49,403 nt of DNA from Verrucomicrobia bacterium UBA3783 (GCA_002369235.1 DFFF01000035.1:3284-52686); one strand, 5' to 3'; shown: positions 30,865 to 40,364, counted from the stretch's first letter. Translations and numbers: made by a program. Notes: generated by a model not told the origin, from the sequence alone.

Positions 30865-32235
30865 TCAGCGCGTAACGGTGAAACTTCTCGCGAGGCTCAT
30901 CGACATGCGCATCGGGCGGTTGATCGCCCAGCCGCACGCGTTGAGAATCGCGCCCAGATCGCGCCTGCGAAGTTTGAAGTAGCACAGAATCACGCTCGGA
31001 ATCGAGACGAGCGCCACGATAGCGAGGACGCCTGCTGCGATTTTCCACGCAGGCATGCTGCTTATCGCCGCCATTATGCTCGCGAACGCCGCGCCGACCA
31101 TGCCGATGCCGATGCCAATCGCCGCCACGCTCGAGGCCAGCGCCGCGCCATTGCCGCTCTGGCTTTGCTGCGGCACCTGCGCCGTCGCGGCGGTCACATC
31201 TCCGAGCGCCTTCGCCTGCTTGTCGCCCAGGAACTTCTTGACCGCTCCCGCGATGCCGTCGCCCACCTTGCGCCACGGAGCCCAGAACGCCTCGCACAGC
31301 GAAACCTGCGATTCCACGACCTTGGTGACCGTCGCTTCCCAGTCAAGTCCGTCACGATCCTGGAACACGCCGTTGCGCCCGGCGTAAAGCCCGGCGATCG
31401 TTCCTGCCGTCACAACCGCGCAGATGTTGCGCTCCTTGCCTTCGCCCGGACGCTTGAGCGCAAGATAGATGACGCAGCAGTTGGACTTCTCCACCAAAGC
31501 CGAGTGCGCCGTCACATTGTCGACATGGAAGCAAAGCACCATTTCCTTCGAGTCTATCCTCAAAGTTCCGGTCTGGAAAATCGCCATCTCGCCCTTGGTG
31601 TAGAGTTTCTTCATATTGACGAAATTCTGCAGAAGCTCCAGCAGATAAAGCTTGTAGCGCAAGACGCGCTCCTCGGTCTCGTCGGCCTTGGGCGGCGGAG
31701 GAAGGCGGGGATTCGCGCTCTTGAGCTCGCTCCACTCCTCGCGCGTGAGTTCAGCCTTGTTTTCGAGCGCACACTCCTTTATGAGCGTTTTCAGGAGCGG
31801 GGCGTATTTCGGGTTCAAGGTCGCACCCAGCGGAAGCGGCTTGTCGGGCTCGGCGGTGACGAGCGGCAAATCGTCGGGGATTGCGAAATATGCGTCGATC
31901 ACGCTCTCCGCCGCCCAGACCGCCTTGGATGCGGCGCTGGGCTCTGGCGTCGGCGGCTGGTGCTTCACAAGCTCGTCGAGTCTGGCGCGGTCGGATTCTT
32001 TGGGGTCGAAAAGCTCCTGGAGATCCACGCCCTGCTCCTGCAGAAACTTGATCGCGCCTACGATTTCCCCCACCCTGATGCGCCCGTCGTGATCGGTGTC
32101 GATAAGTTCCAATGTGCGCCGGTCGAACCGCACTCCCGTCAGCGGCATGGAAAGCGCCTGGAATTCCTTGCGGTCTGCGGTGACGAGCCTCGCGATGTCT
32201 CCGCCATCCCTGAGTCTTGTGGAATATGTGCCCAT
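30865..32235 (-). CDS. EF-hand-containing protein with two C-terminal TM helices, function unknown
   Basis: ORF 30865..32445 trimmed to ATG 32235 after AAAGGAGAAACGAAA. There is a canonical 12-residue EF loop DTDHDGRIRVGE. The C-terminus has the hydrophobic segments ALASSVAAIGIGIGMVGAAFASIMAAI and WKIAAGVLAIVALVSIPSVILCYF. Confidence 0.6.
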   Translation of the reverse strand: MGTYSTRLRDGGDIARLVTADRKEFQALSMPLTGVRFDRRTLELIDTDHDGRIRVGEIVGAIKFLQEQGVDLQELFDPKESDRARLDELVKHQPPTPEPSAASKAVWAAESVIDAYFAIPDDLPLVTAEPDKPLPLGATLNPKYAPLLKTLIKECALENKAELTREEWSELKSANPRLPPPPKADETEERVLRYKLYLLELLQNFVNMKKLYTKGEMAIFQTGTLRIDSKEMVLCFHVDNVTAHSALVEKSNCCVIYLALKRPGEGKERNICAVVTAGTIAGLYAGRNGVFQDRDGLDWEATVTKVVESQVSLCEAFWAPWRKVGDGIAGAVKKFLGDKQAKALGDVTAATAQVPQQSQSGNGAALASSVAAIGIGIGMVGAAFASIMAAISSMPAWKIAAGVLAIVALVSIPSVILCYFKLRRRDLGAILNACGWAINRPMRMSMSLARSFTVTR

Positions 32236-32279
32236 TTTCGTTTCTCCTTTGGAATTGTCTATTGTCGCGTTCCTTGAAA

Positions 32280-32906
32280 TCAGATGAATCCGGCCTTGGC
32301 CAACGCCTCTTCCGTGAGTCCTTGGCGCGGCGCGTTCCTGGCTATGTACTTGCCGAGGATGTCGCTCTCGAGATTGACCTTCGCGCCCTGACGTTTGCTC
32401 CCAAGAACCGTATCCGAAAGCGTAGTGGGGATGAGATCGACGCACAAAAAGTCGTCGCCGATTTCGGTGATGGTGAGCGACACGCCGTCAATCGCAATCG
32501 ACCCCTTGAGGACGCTCTGCGCCGCCATCACGCGGCCGCACTTGACTTTGAGGCGGAAGTCCCTGCCGCGCGGCGAAAGTCCCGCGATGACGCCCACGCC
32601 GTCCACATGGCCTTGCACGATATGTCCGCCCAGCGCATCTCCGGCTTTGAGCGCCCGCTCAAGATTCACTTTCGCGCCCGGAAGAAGCTCTCCGAAATAT
32701 GTGCGCTCCTCCGTCTCGCGCAGCACATCCGCCGTAAAGCGTGCGGCATCGTGCCTCGCGACCGTGAGGCACACGCCGTTGACGGCAATCGACTCGCCAT
32801 CCTCCAAGGGCGGCATCCACGCCGTCGACTCGATCTCCAGCACCAGCCCCGCCGAACGGCTGACGCGCTTTACCGTGCCAAGCTTTTGGATTATGCCCGT
32901 GAACAT
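32280..32906 (-). CDS. ribE: riboflavin synthase
   Basis: ORF trimmed to ATG 32906. MFTGIIQKLGTV...SIAVNGVCLTV...SIAIDGVSLTI shows the duplicated lumazine-binding repeats. Confidence 0.92.
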   Translation of the reverse strand: MFTGIIQKLGTVKRVSRSAGLVLEIESTAWMPPLEDGESIAVNGVCLTVARHDAARFTADVLRETEERTYFGELLPGAKVNLERALKAGDALGGHIVQGHVDGVGVIAGLSPRGRDFRLKVKCGRVMAAQSVLKGSIAIDGVSLTITEIGDDFLCVDLIPTTLSDTVLGSKRQGAKVNLESDILGKYIARNAPRQGLTEEALAKAGFI

Positions 32907-33850
32907 ACGAAAACATCCTCCGTTTTGCCGCCCCCGAATACGACCGCTTCGCCAATCCTGCGCGTGCCGATCACCTTGGGGCAAAGGACCGTCAGCCACT
33001 CGTCCACAAGCCCGGACTCCGCAAGGCTCGTCGCCAGCTTGAGCCCGCCCTCGCACAAAACATGCATCATGCCGCGCCTGCCAAGATCGCGCACCGCCTC
33101 GACGGCGTCGCGGTAGACCAGCGTTTCGTTTTTGCCGTCCGAAAAAACCTGCGCATCCGGCGGCAGTTTCCCGGACTTGGAAACCACGACCCGCACGAGA
33201 TGCGGATTGGCTTTCCCGTGCGGCAGCAGCGAAGGATTGTCGCGCCGCACCGTCTCGCCGCCGACCATGATCGCATCGACCCGCTCGCGCAGCTCTCCCG
33301 TCCGCTTGCGCGACTTTTCCGAGCTCACCCATCTCGCATCGCCGCAGCTGTCGGCGATTCTGCCGTCGAGCGACATCGCGAGTTTTACCGTGACGTAAGG
33401 CATCCCGGTGGTCACATGCTTCGCAAACGGGCGTATCAATTCCTCCGCCGGCGCGAACTTCAAATGGCGGCATTCTATTCCATGGTGCGCGAGCGTCCGC
33501 TTGGCCTTGTCGCGGTTCTTGGGATTGGGATCGCGGCAAAGATAGACGACGCGCGGGATTTCCGCCGCGATTATCGCATCGGTGCAGGCGCCGACGCGCC
33601 CGGGCCTGGAGCAAGGTTCAAGCGTCACGAGCAGTGTGTGCGCCGCCACCTTGGGATTGCGCTTCTTCCAGTCGGCTATCGCCTCGACCTCGGCGTGGTT
33701 CATGCCGGCGCGGCGATGATATCCCTTGCCGACCACCACGCCCTGCGCGTCCAGAACGAACGCGCCGACCGGCGGATTCGGCCGCGTGCGACCTTCGCCT
33801 TTGCGGGCGAGATCAACGAGCGCTTTTAGCGTAGCGGTCGAGAACTCCAT
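32891..33850 (-). CDS. ribD: bifunctional riboflavin biosynthesis deaminase/reductase
   Basis: NPPVGAFVL, HAEVEAI and TLEPCS (deaminase motifs) followed by a RibD_C reductase domain. Confidence 0.9.
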   Translation of the reverse strand: MEFSTATLKALVDLARKGEGRTRPNPPVGAFVLDAQGVVVGKGYHRRAGMNHAEVEAIADWKKRNPKVAAHTLLVTLEPCSRPGRVGACTDAIIAAEIPRVVYLCRDPNPKNRDKAKRTLAHHGIECRHLKFAPAEELIRPFAKHVTTGMPYVTVKLAMSLDGRIADSCGDARWVSSEKSRKRTGELRERVDAIMVGGETVRRDNPSLLPHGKANPHLVRVVVSKSGKLPPDAQVFSDGKNETLVYRDAVEAVRDLGRRGMMHVLCEGGLKLATSLAESGLVDEWLTVLCPKVIGTRRIGEAVVFGGGKTEDVFVCSRA

Positions 33851-34259
33851 TTACCAGCGCCCTTGATTTAGGGGACGAAAACCAATTGCAAAGATCGACG
33901 GCTTCGTTGATCGCCACCGGCGGCGGAATCCCGCCGTCTTTGATTTCCCAGATTCCAAGCCGCATCACCGCTCTCTCCACCGTTCCGAGTCTCGCCATGT
34001 CCCAATCTTTGAGCAGCGGCTCGAGGATGGCGTCGATTTCATCCATATCATCCAGGACTCCGCGCACACGCTCTTCCGCGAAAAGTTTGAGCGCCTTGAG
34101 ACTGCGGCTTTTTCCGGGAAAATCCTCCATGGACTCGATCTGCTCCCATTCACCCGCGATGAAATCGCCGATATCGCCGGCGGGCGGATTGAGATCCGCC
34201 GCCGTGAGCATCTGCACCGCCCATTCCCGCGCATTGCGCCTCGTAAGTTTTCCGTTCAT
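33813..34259 (-). CDS. nusB: transcription antitermination factor NusB
   Basis: ORF trimmed to ATG 34259 (MNGKLTRRNAREWAVQML...VERAVMRLGIWEI...INEAVDL...VNGVLD). Confidence 0.85.
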   Translation of the reverse strand: MNGKLTRRNAREWAVQMLTAADLNPPAGDIGDFIAGEWEQIESMEDFPGKSRSLKALKLFAEERVRGVLDDMDEIDAILEPLLKDWDMARLGTVERAVMRLGIWEIKDGGIPPPVAINEAVDLCNWFSSPKSRALVNGVLDRYAKSAR

Positions 34260-37200
34260 CACTTTCCTCCAAGTTTCAGCCAGACTCTCAAGAGTTCGGA
34301 ATCGCTCCACGCTTGCGCGGTGCAGCCCTTCTGTTCGTGCGGCGCGTCGCCATCGGCGTTTTCGCTGATGTGCGCCACGCATCCGGCATTGATATTCTCC
34401 ACCGCCGTCGCAAGCAGCGCGAGCGCCGTCTTGCGGTGCTTGTGGTCGAGAATCGCCATCGCCTCCGCATAAAGCGGGAACGGCCACGCCCAGACCGTGC
34501 CGTTGTGGTACGCCGGCTTGCGGCACGTATCCTCGTCGCCTTCGTAGCGGCCGCGGTAAAGCTCGTGTCCGGCATTGAGCGATCTGATGCCGCCGGGAAT
34601 CAAAAGCTCCTCCGTGGCCGAAAGAATCGACGCATCGTCGAGAATCCCCAGCGTCACGAGGAAGAGCTGGTTCGGCCTTATCGTCCCCTCCGGCCTCGCG
34701 TTCTTCGCGCTTTCGCCGTCCGGCGCCGCCAGACAATCCTCATAGCCGTTGCCGTCTTCGCGACGGAAATATTTGACGACCGACGCCTTTGCCTTCTTCG
34801 CAAGCTCCTTCTGCCCCAGGAACTCCAGCGCACTTATCCACAAGGCCTGAATTTCGACCGGATAGCCGATGCGCGGCGTGCACGCAGGGTAATTCGTGTC
34901 CATCCACGTGAAGTGGCTGGGGCTCCACACGAGCGCGCTCTCATCGTCCATCTTGATTCCGTTGGGCGTTCCGGTCTTGTAGTGTTCGACGATACTCTCG
35001 CACACGGGACGCAGCTCCGCCACGTCCACGCCGAGATCGGCAAGTTCCTTGACGCATCGCACGAACCAAAGTTGCGCGTCGGTCGTATCGCGGTTGCCTG
35101 CGGTCTTGCCGTAGATGATGTTCGGCAGCGTGCCGTTCTCTTCGAACGCCGCGAACGCCTTGAGTATCTTCAGGCTGTCCTCGATCATCCCGGCGGCAAT
35201 CATTCCGCGCATGAAGATGAACGTATCGCGTCCCCAGTCGAGGAACCAGGGGTAGCCCGCGATCACGGTCTTCAAGTCGTCGCGTCTGACGATAAAGAGA
35301 TCGAGCGCCTCCTTCATGGCTTTGCCGAAGCTCGCGGTATCCGGCTCGCTCGGCAATTCCGGGAAGTGTATCCGCGAGGGAATGTCCACGGGATTCATGA
35401 CCCCCACAATCTCCATCGTCTCGCCGATCTTGAGGTCTGCGCTTATCCAGCCGGGGCTGAAAAGATCGCCGCAGCCGTCCTGTCCTCTCCTTGCCTCTTC
35501 GCTGTGGTCGGCGTTATACACCCATTGCGGCTCGTGGTGGTATGCTCCGTTTTCAACGCTCATCCTGAATGCGCCGTCATACGGCTTGAAGACGAATCCG
35601 TCTTCCATTTGCACGGTGCGGCGCGGGAAAAGCTCCTCGAGCCCCGAATAGGCCTTGGTCGTCGCGTGGAAGCTGCGCCATTCGATGTCGGGCCTGAATA
35701 CCAGCCGCACCTGATCGCCTACATCCAGCGTCCCGGCGCTCTCGCGCGTGACTTTGAGCCGCGCGGCATTCTCGCCGGGCGCGAGCGCAAGCTCGAAGAC
35801 GAACAGCGTCTCCTTGCCCATGCCGCAGGGAACGGTGAACTCCCATCTTGCCGCCCGGCCTGCGGGATCGGCCGTGAATTTCGTCTGGCAATGCTTGTCG
35901 AATTCTCTCGTGTACCCCTCGCGCTGCAGCCAGCACCTGGTGCGCGTCCACAGATTTACGCGGTCGCTCGGCACCGTGGCGCTTGGATTCGCCGCCAGAA
36001 TCGCGTCGTACTGCGACCTGAGTTCTCCCCAGCCCACGCGCACTTGCGCCGCCGCGCCAGCCCCGTTGGATAGAATCGTGCGATATTCTGGATGCTTGCG
36101 GATCTCCGCCCCGGAGAGCGACAATTTCACTTTCGCCTTGCTTGCCGGCGGCGGGATGAGGAATTTCGATTCCGTCCTTATCGATTTCCCCGGCGCGTAG
36201 ACTATCATCATGATAACGAGCTCGCGGCACCTGGTGCCGTCGCCATGGTAGTGCGGAGCGTCGAAGACCACCTTGCACGCCTTGCTGCGCTGCACCCGGA
36301 TCGTCTTGCCGGTCTGAGGGTCGATCAGCCGCACCCGGAAATCATACGGCGCGGAGATCTCCACGAATTCCTCCTCCGGTACGCATACGACGCGCTTCAC
36401 GTCGCGCGGGAACACCCAATGGAAGCGTGCGGACGGCAGCGGACAGCGGTCGGACGGCTCGAGCGCAGACGCCGGAACGGGAAGCGACGGCTTCGCCGCG
36501 CCGTTCCCATTTGCCTCGACTCCCGCATACAGGCACTTGACTTCGCCGGGTCTCAGCGCGACGCTGCCATCGCAGCGAACCTTCGTTTCAGAAAGTATGT
36601 CGAGGGCTTCCTTGGCCGCGAAACGGCTTTCATCCCACTGTATCCTCGCCGGAGCGCCGCAATCGAGATTCGCGAGGATGAGGAGTTCGCCGCGCTTGAC
36701 GGCGAGCGTATTGCCCTCGCCGCGCGTCACCAGCTCCAGATGCGATGGACCGGAAAACTCCGGGTAGGTGTCGAGAATCGCGTTCAGCTTGGCGATGAGA
36801 TCCACCATGTTCGACTCCGCGCCCCAATTGAGGTCGTTCTTGCCGTGGACGTCGATCTTCTCCTTGCAGAACCACTCGACGCCATTGGCGATGCCCCATG
36901 CGCCTTGCCAGGAAAGGAGCGCCGCCAGCTGCACGCGCAGTTTCGCGTAGGTTTCGCCGCCCTTCGCGAGCCGGTCGTTGTCGTGGGTCTCGGCAAAGTG
37001 GACGAGGGTGCCGAACGTCTCGCTGCGGCGGATTGCAGCGGGCAGATACCACTCGAACTGGCCGCGGTCGTAAGTCTGGAAGATTTCCGAATACGCCCAA
37101 TCGAGGTTGGTCTCGCCGAGGAGCGCGTCGGTGACTTTCAATTCGCCGCCGAGGCCTTCGAGCATGAAGACGGTGTCGGGATATTCCTCGCGCACCCGCG

Positions 37201-38122
37201 CCACGATATATTCCCATGTCTTGAGCGGAATCATGTAGCCGGCATCGCAGCGGAAGCCGTCCACGCCATTGCGGCACCAGAAGAGGAACACGTCGGCCAT
37301 ATAGGCGCGAAGTTCGGGATTGGAGTAGTCCAGCTCCACAAGATCCGCCCACACGACGCCCCAGGCGCCGGGGCTCGTGAACTTCCCGTCGGCGGCGCGC
37401 CGGAACCAGTCGGGATGGTGCGTCTGCAGCGTAGACGCCCAGCCGGTATGGTTTGCGGGCAGGTCCACGAAGAAAAGCCCCTTGCGCGAATGCACGGCAT
37501 CGATGAGTTCCTTGAACTGGTCGAGCGGCGTCGTGTATTCGTCGAACTCCGCCATCGCGGGATCTACCGACAGGAAATCGAGTGCCGCGAACGGGCAGCC
37601 GTATTCGCCCATGACCGCGTAGGTGGTCGGCACCGGGAACGGCGGCAAGGTCTGGATGATCCTGAACCCCATCCGGTCCATGATGAAAGGCAGCCGGCGC
37701 GCCACCTCGCGGAAACTGCCGAACTGGCGGGGGAATACCGTGTAGATGGAGTTGTTCTTGCGTGTTTCCGCGCTCTCCACCTTGACATGGAAGTTCGATC
37801 CGTCCGGCCACTCCGGCACATTGGAATCTTCCGGGAAGAAGCACGCTTTGCAGGAGAATATCCCGACTTCCCGAAGCCTGACCTCCAGCGTGAAGACGCC
37901 GGGGACCGTCTCTTGCATCGGGATGTCGGTCCAGGCCTTCGCAAGCGGCACCTCGCCGCGCTCGGTCTCGGCGATGATTTCGGCGCGGCGCACCTTGGCG
38001 TTGCCGATGTTGCAGCGGAGCGCCGCCCGCCCTTTGCGCGGATATCCAAGCTTCAGCTCCACCTTCAGGATGTCGCCGCTCCACTTGAGCAGAAAGCTTC
38101 CGGGTTCAGGAAATTGCGTCAT
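34259..38122 (-). CDS. 1287-aa alpha-glucan enzyme: GlgE/GH13-like catalytic domain fused to an amylo-alpha-1,6-glucosidase (GDE_C/GH133-like) domain
   Basis: The N-terminal half (FRIIQTLPPFP, LPANHTGW, GVDGFRCDAGYMIP, FMLEGLGG) resembles GH13 and GlgE-type enzymes. The C-terminal half (AGYPWFLDWGRDTFI, YHNGTVWAWP, AQAWS) resembles the six-hairpin glycogen-debranching C-domain. Confidence 0.78.
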   Translation of the reverse strand: MTQFPEPGSFLLKWSGDILKVELKLGYPRKGRAALRCNIGNAKVRRAEIIAETERGEVPLAKAWTDIPMQETVPGVFTLEVRLREVGIFSCKACFFPEDSNVPEWPDGSNFHVKVESAETRKNNSIYTVFPRQFGSFREVARRLPFIMDRMGFRIIQTLPPFPVPTTYAVMGEYGCPFAALDFLSVDPAMAEFDEYTTPLDQFKELIDAVHSRKGLFFVDLPANHTGWASTLQTHHPDWFRRAADGKFTSPGAWGVVWADLVELDYSNPELRAYMADVFLFWCRNGVDGFRCDAGYMIPLKTWEYIVARVREEYPDTVFMLEGLGGELKVTDALLGETNLDWAYSEIFQTYDRGQFEWYLPAAIRRSETFGTLVHFAETHDNDRLAKGGETYAKLRVQLAALLSWQGAWGIANGVEWFCKEKIDVHGKNDLNWGAESNMVDLIAKLNAILDTYPEFSGPSHLELVTRGEGNTLAVKRGELLILANLDCGAPARIQWDESRFAAKEALDILSETKVRCDGSVALRPGEVKCLYAGVEANGNGAAKPSLPVPASALEPSDRCPLPSARFHWVFPRDVKRVVCVPEEEFVEISAPYDFRVRLIDPQTGKTIRVQRSKACKVVFDAPHYHGDGTRCRELVIMMIVYAPGKSIRTESKFLIPPPASKAKVKLSLSGAEIRKHPEYRTILSNGAGAAAQVRVGWGELRSQYDAILAANPSATVPSDRVNLWTRTRCWLQREGYTREFDKHCQTKFTADPAGRAARWEFTVPCGMGKETLFVFELALAPGENAARLKVTRESAGTLDVGDQVRLVFRPDIEWRSFHATTKAYSGLEELFPRRTVQMEDGFVFKPYDGAFRMSVENGAYHHEPQWVYNADHSEEARRGQDGCGDLFSPGWISADLKIGETMEIVGVMNPVDIPSRIHFPELPSEPDTASFGKAMKEALDLFIVRRDDLKTVIAGYPWFLDWGRDTFIFMRGMIAAGMIEDSLKILKAFAAFEENGTLPNIIYGKTAGNRDTTDAQLWFVRCVKELADLGVDVAELRPVCESIVEHYKTGTPNGIKMDDESALVWSPSHFTWMDTNYPACTPRIGYPVEIQALWISALEFLGQKELAKKAKASVVKYFRREDGNGYEDCLAAPDGESAKNARPEGTIRPNQLFLVTLGILDDASILSATEELLIPGGIRSLNAGHELYRGRYEGDEDTCRKPAYHNGTVWAWPFPLYAEAMAILDHKHRKTALALLATAVENINAGCVAHISENADGDAPHEQKGCTAQAWSDSELLRVWLKLGGK

Positions 38123-38948
38123 GGATTGTCTCCACTCCCTTCTTCAAATCTTCTTCGCTCACATGGCTCTTGGGCTCGAACACCAAATGCGGCACCTTGA
38201 GCATGAGGTCTTTAAGTTCCTTGAAATCAACTTTGCCGCCGCCAGGCGCAAAATGGTCGTCGGAAAAATCCTTCACGTCGTTCAAATGCATCCCGGCGAA
38301 ATCGAGCTTCGCATATCCGGTCTCGAGAAAGCGCCCGACCCATTTGTTGCATTCCTGCACGCGCCAATGCCCGGTGTCGAACCACGGCTTCACCCGCGGC
38401 GCGAACTCCGCAAGGAAAGGCCATTCGTCATCCTTGGGAAAGCCTTCCAGATACGGCATGTTCTCAAGCCCCAGCACCACCTTGTTCTCCTCCAGGACCG
38501 GAACGAGCGCGGCGAGTTCCGCCTTCGCGATCTCCATGAGCCTCAGGCCGTTTTTCGTGCGCACCTTGGTTCTGTCCGTCCACGGGAAAATCCGTGCGGC
38601 CGACGCCCTCCCGGCGTGCAGCACCACCGCATCGGCTCCTACTTCGGCGGCAAACCGCACCGACGCGACGATGTTCGCCCTCGCGATCGCCCGCGTGTTG
38701 GCGTCAAAATCGACAAGCCGGTACAGTTCCGGATGGCCGCCGGGCGCCGATAGCGGCACCGGACAGAACGCATGTACGCTGCCGATCTTGATGCGGCTTG
38801 AATATTTGCGGTATTTCAATCCCTCTTCGGCTGTCGTCGCATATCCAAGCTCCAATTCGTCAAAACCCCAGTCGAGCGCCTTGCCGACGATTTCATCTGC
38901 CGCCGTGCCCGCCTTGAAGTAGTTGGTGGATAGCGAGAAGCTTCTCAT
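38106..38948 (-). CDS. xylose-isomerase-like TIM-barrel protein (sugar phosphate isomerase/epimerase family)
   Basis: GFDELELG, ADAVVLHAG, LGLENMP and DTGHW segments typical of the AP_endonuc_2 fold. Confidence 0.68.
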   Translation of the reverse strand: MRSFSLSTNYFKAGTAADEIVGKALDWGFDELELGYATTAEEGLKYRKYSSRIKIGSVHAFCPVPLSAPGGHPELYRLVDFDANTRAIARANIVASVRFAAEVGADAVVLHAGRASAARIFPWTDRTKVRTKNGLRLMEIAKAELAALVPVLEENKVVLGLENMPYLEGFPKDDEWPFLAEFAPRVKPWFDTGHWRVQECNKWVGRFLETGYAKLDFAGMHLNDVKDFSDDHFAPGGGKVDFKELKDLMLKVPHLVFEPKSHVSEEDLKKGVETIHDAIS

Positions 38949-39751
38949 GCAAGCCTGTCGATCATTTGCGAAATCACCGCCTCGTCGCCAATGTGCGCCT
39001 CGCTCTGGCGATATGCGCTCTCCACCGCCTCTACATTGCGGAACTTGCGGTAGAGTTCTTCATCGGGGGTTTTCGCGTCAACCATTTCCTCGCGGACCAA
39101 AGCCATTATCGCGCGGAAGAATTCCTTCCTCGCCTGCGGCAGATTCTCGGGGCCTGCGTCTTCCTTCATTTGCGCGAAAATCTCCACGAGTCCGTATATG
39201 TCCCGCGCCTTCACCGCCTCCGCAATCGCATAATCGTCCACGTTCCCCGCCTGTCCTCCGTAGCCTTGGCGTAGGAGGAAGCCCCGTTCCCTGTCCCCCG
39301 TTCCCAATTCAATCCTCTGCGTCCGCGAAATTATCGTGGGAAGGAGTTCTTCGGGGGAATCGGTGAGGAGCAGATACATCGTCTTGGGGGTGGGTTCTTC
39401 CAGCGTCTTCAAAAATGCGTTCGCCGCCTCCGCCCACATTCTGTCGGCCCCGACCACAACGCCAACCTTCCAGCCGCCGCTGAAGCTCGTGCTCGCCATC
39501 GGTTCGACGAGTTTTTCGCGCACGCTGTCCACCTTGATGTTGCGCGCCTTGCCTTCCGGCTCGAGCCAAATGACATCCGGGTGCGTGCGGGCGGCGATTT
39601 GCTCCCTGGCGTCCGGGAAAAGCGTCAGCAGGATTTTCTGCGCGAGTTCCATTGCGTTTCCGCGCACGTCGCCCACGATCAGATATCCGCCGGCGGCGTT
39701 GCCGGATTCAATCGCATGGCGCACTAGAGCAAATGCGCTATCGACTTCCAT
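38945..39751 (-). CDS. holB: DNA polymerase III delta-prime subunit
   Basis: GYLIVGD.G, HPDVIWLEPEG, ANAFLKTLEEP and LLPTIISRTQ motifs, plus the conserved tmk-holB order. Confidence 0.8.
   Translation of the reverse strand: MEVDSAFALVRHAIESGNAAGGYLIVGDVRGNAMELAQKILLTLFPDAREQIAARTHPDVIWLEPEGKARNIKVDSVREKLVEPMASTSFSGGWKVGVVVGADRMWAEAANAFLKTLEEPTPKTMYLLLTDSPEELLPTIISRTQRIELGTGDRERGFLLRQGYGGQAGNVDDYAIAEAVKARDIYGLVEIFAQMKEDAGPENLPQARKEFFRAIMALVREEMVDAKTPDEELYRKFRNVEAVESAYRQSEAHIGDEAVISQMIDRLA
39282..39309. repeat. four tandem heptamers (CCCCGTT-like), giving G-tracts on the holB coding strand
   Basis: Plus strand reads ccccgtt ccctgtc ccccgtt cccaatt, which encodes LGTGDRERG. Confidence 0.85.
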
Positions 39752-40356
39752 ATTCTCTCCGCCGTCTCTTCTCTGGTTCCGCCCGCGTCAATCCGGCGTA
39801 TCCGCGCCGGTTCCGCCGCCGCCAGTTCGTCGAATCCCCGCCGTATCCGTGCATGAAAACCGTCTCCGGCCTGTTCAATGCGGTCTGCCGTCTCGCCGAG
39901 CGCCTGCTCGCGGGCTTTGCGCCGCGCCTCGGCCTCCGCCGCGTCCACTTCCAGAAGGAATGTCAAATCCGGCATCAGCCCGCCGCATGCAAATCCATTG
40001 GCCGCTTTTACCGACGCCATGTCGAGCCCGCGGCCATAGCCCTGATACGCAAAAGTGGAATCGCAAAACCTGTCGCTCAAAACCCACGCGCCGCGCTCGA
40101 GCGCCGGCAAGACCACCTTCTCCACAAGCTGCGCACGCGCCGCCAGAAAAAGGAGCAATTCGCACTTGTCGACCGGCGCCTCTTCACGCTGATCCTTGAT
40201 GAGATGGCGAATGCGCTCGTTGAGCAAAGTGCCGCCCGGCTCGCGCGTTTCCACCGCCTCGATTCCCCGCTCCGACAACTTCGCCGCCAAAAGCCGGATC
40301 TGGGTGGATTTGCCGCAACCCTCTCCACCCTCGAAAGTTATGAATCTTCCCCGCAT
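39724..40356 (-). CDS. tmk: thymidylate kinase
   Basis: FITFEGGEGCGKSTQ P-loop, REPGGT and a full-length Tmk pattern. Confidence 0.93.
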   Translation of the reverse strand: MRGRFITFEGGEGCGKSTQIRLLAAKLSERGIEAVETREPGGTLLNERIRHLIKDQREEAPVDKCELLLFLAARAQLVEKVVLPALERGAWVLSDRFCDSTFAYQGYGRGLDMASVKAANGFACGGLMPDLTFLLEVDAAEAEARRKAREQALGETADRIEQAGDGFHARIRRGFDELAAAEPARIRRIDAGGTREETAERIWKSIAHLL

Positions 40357-40364
40357 TTTGTCGT

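Noticed and set aside
33813-34300. An FMN riboswitch upstream of ribD/ribE.
   Set aside because: ribD overlaps nusB, which overlaps the upstream gene, so there is no non-coding leader in which a riboswitch could reside.
36630-38084. Alternative-frame minus-strand ORFs inside the debranching-enzyme gene (484 aa here, plus several smaller ones) and inside other genes, for example 41208..42455 and 27593..28588.
   Set aside because: They are same-strand out-of-frame shadows with Arg/Gly/Pro-rich composition. The annotated frames carry the conserved family motifs.
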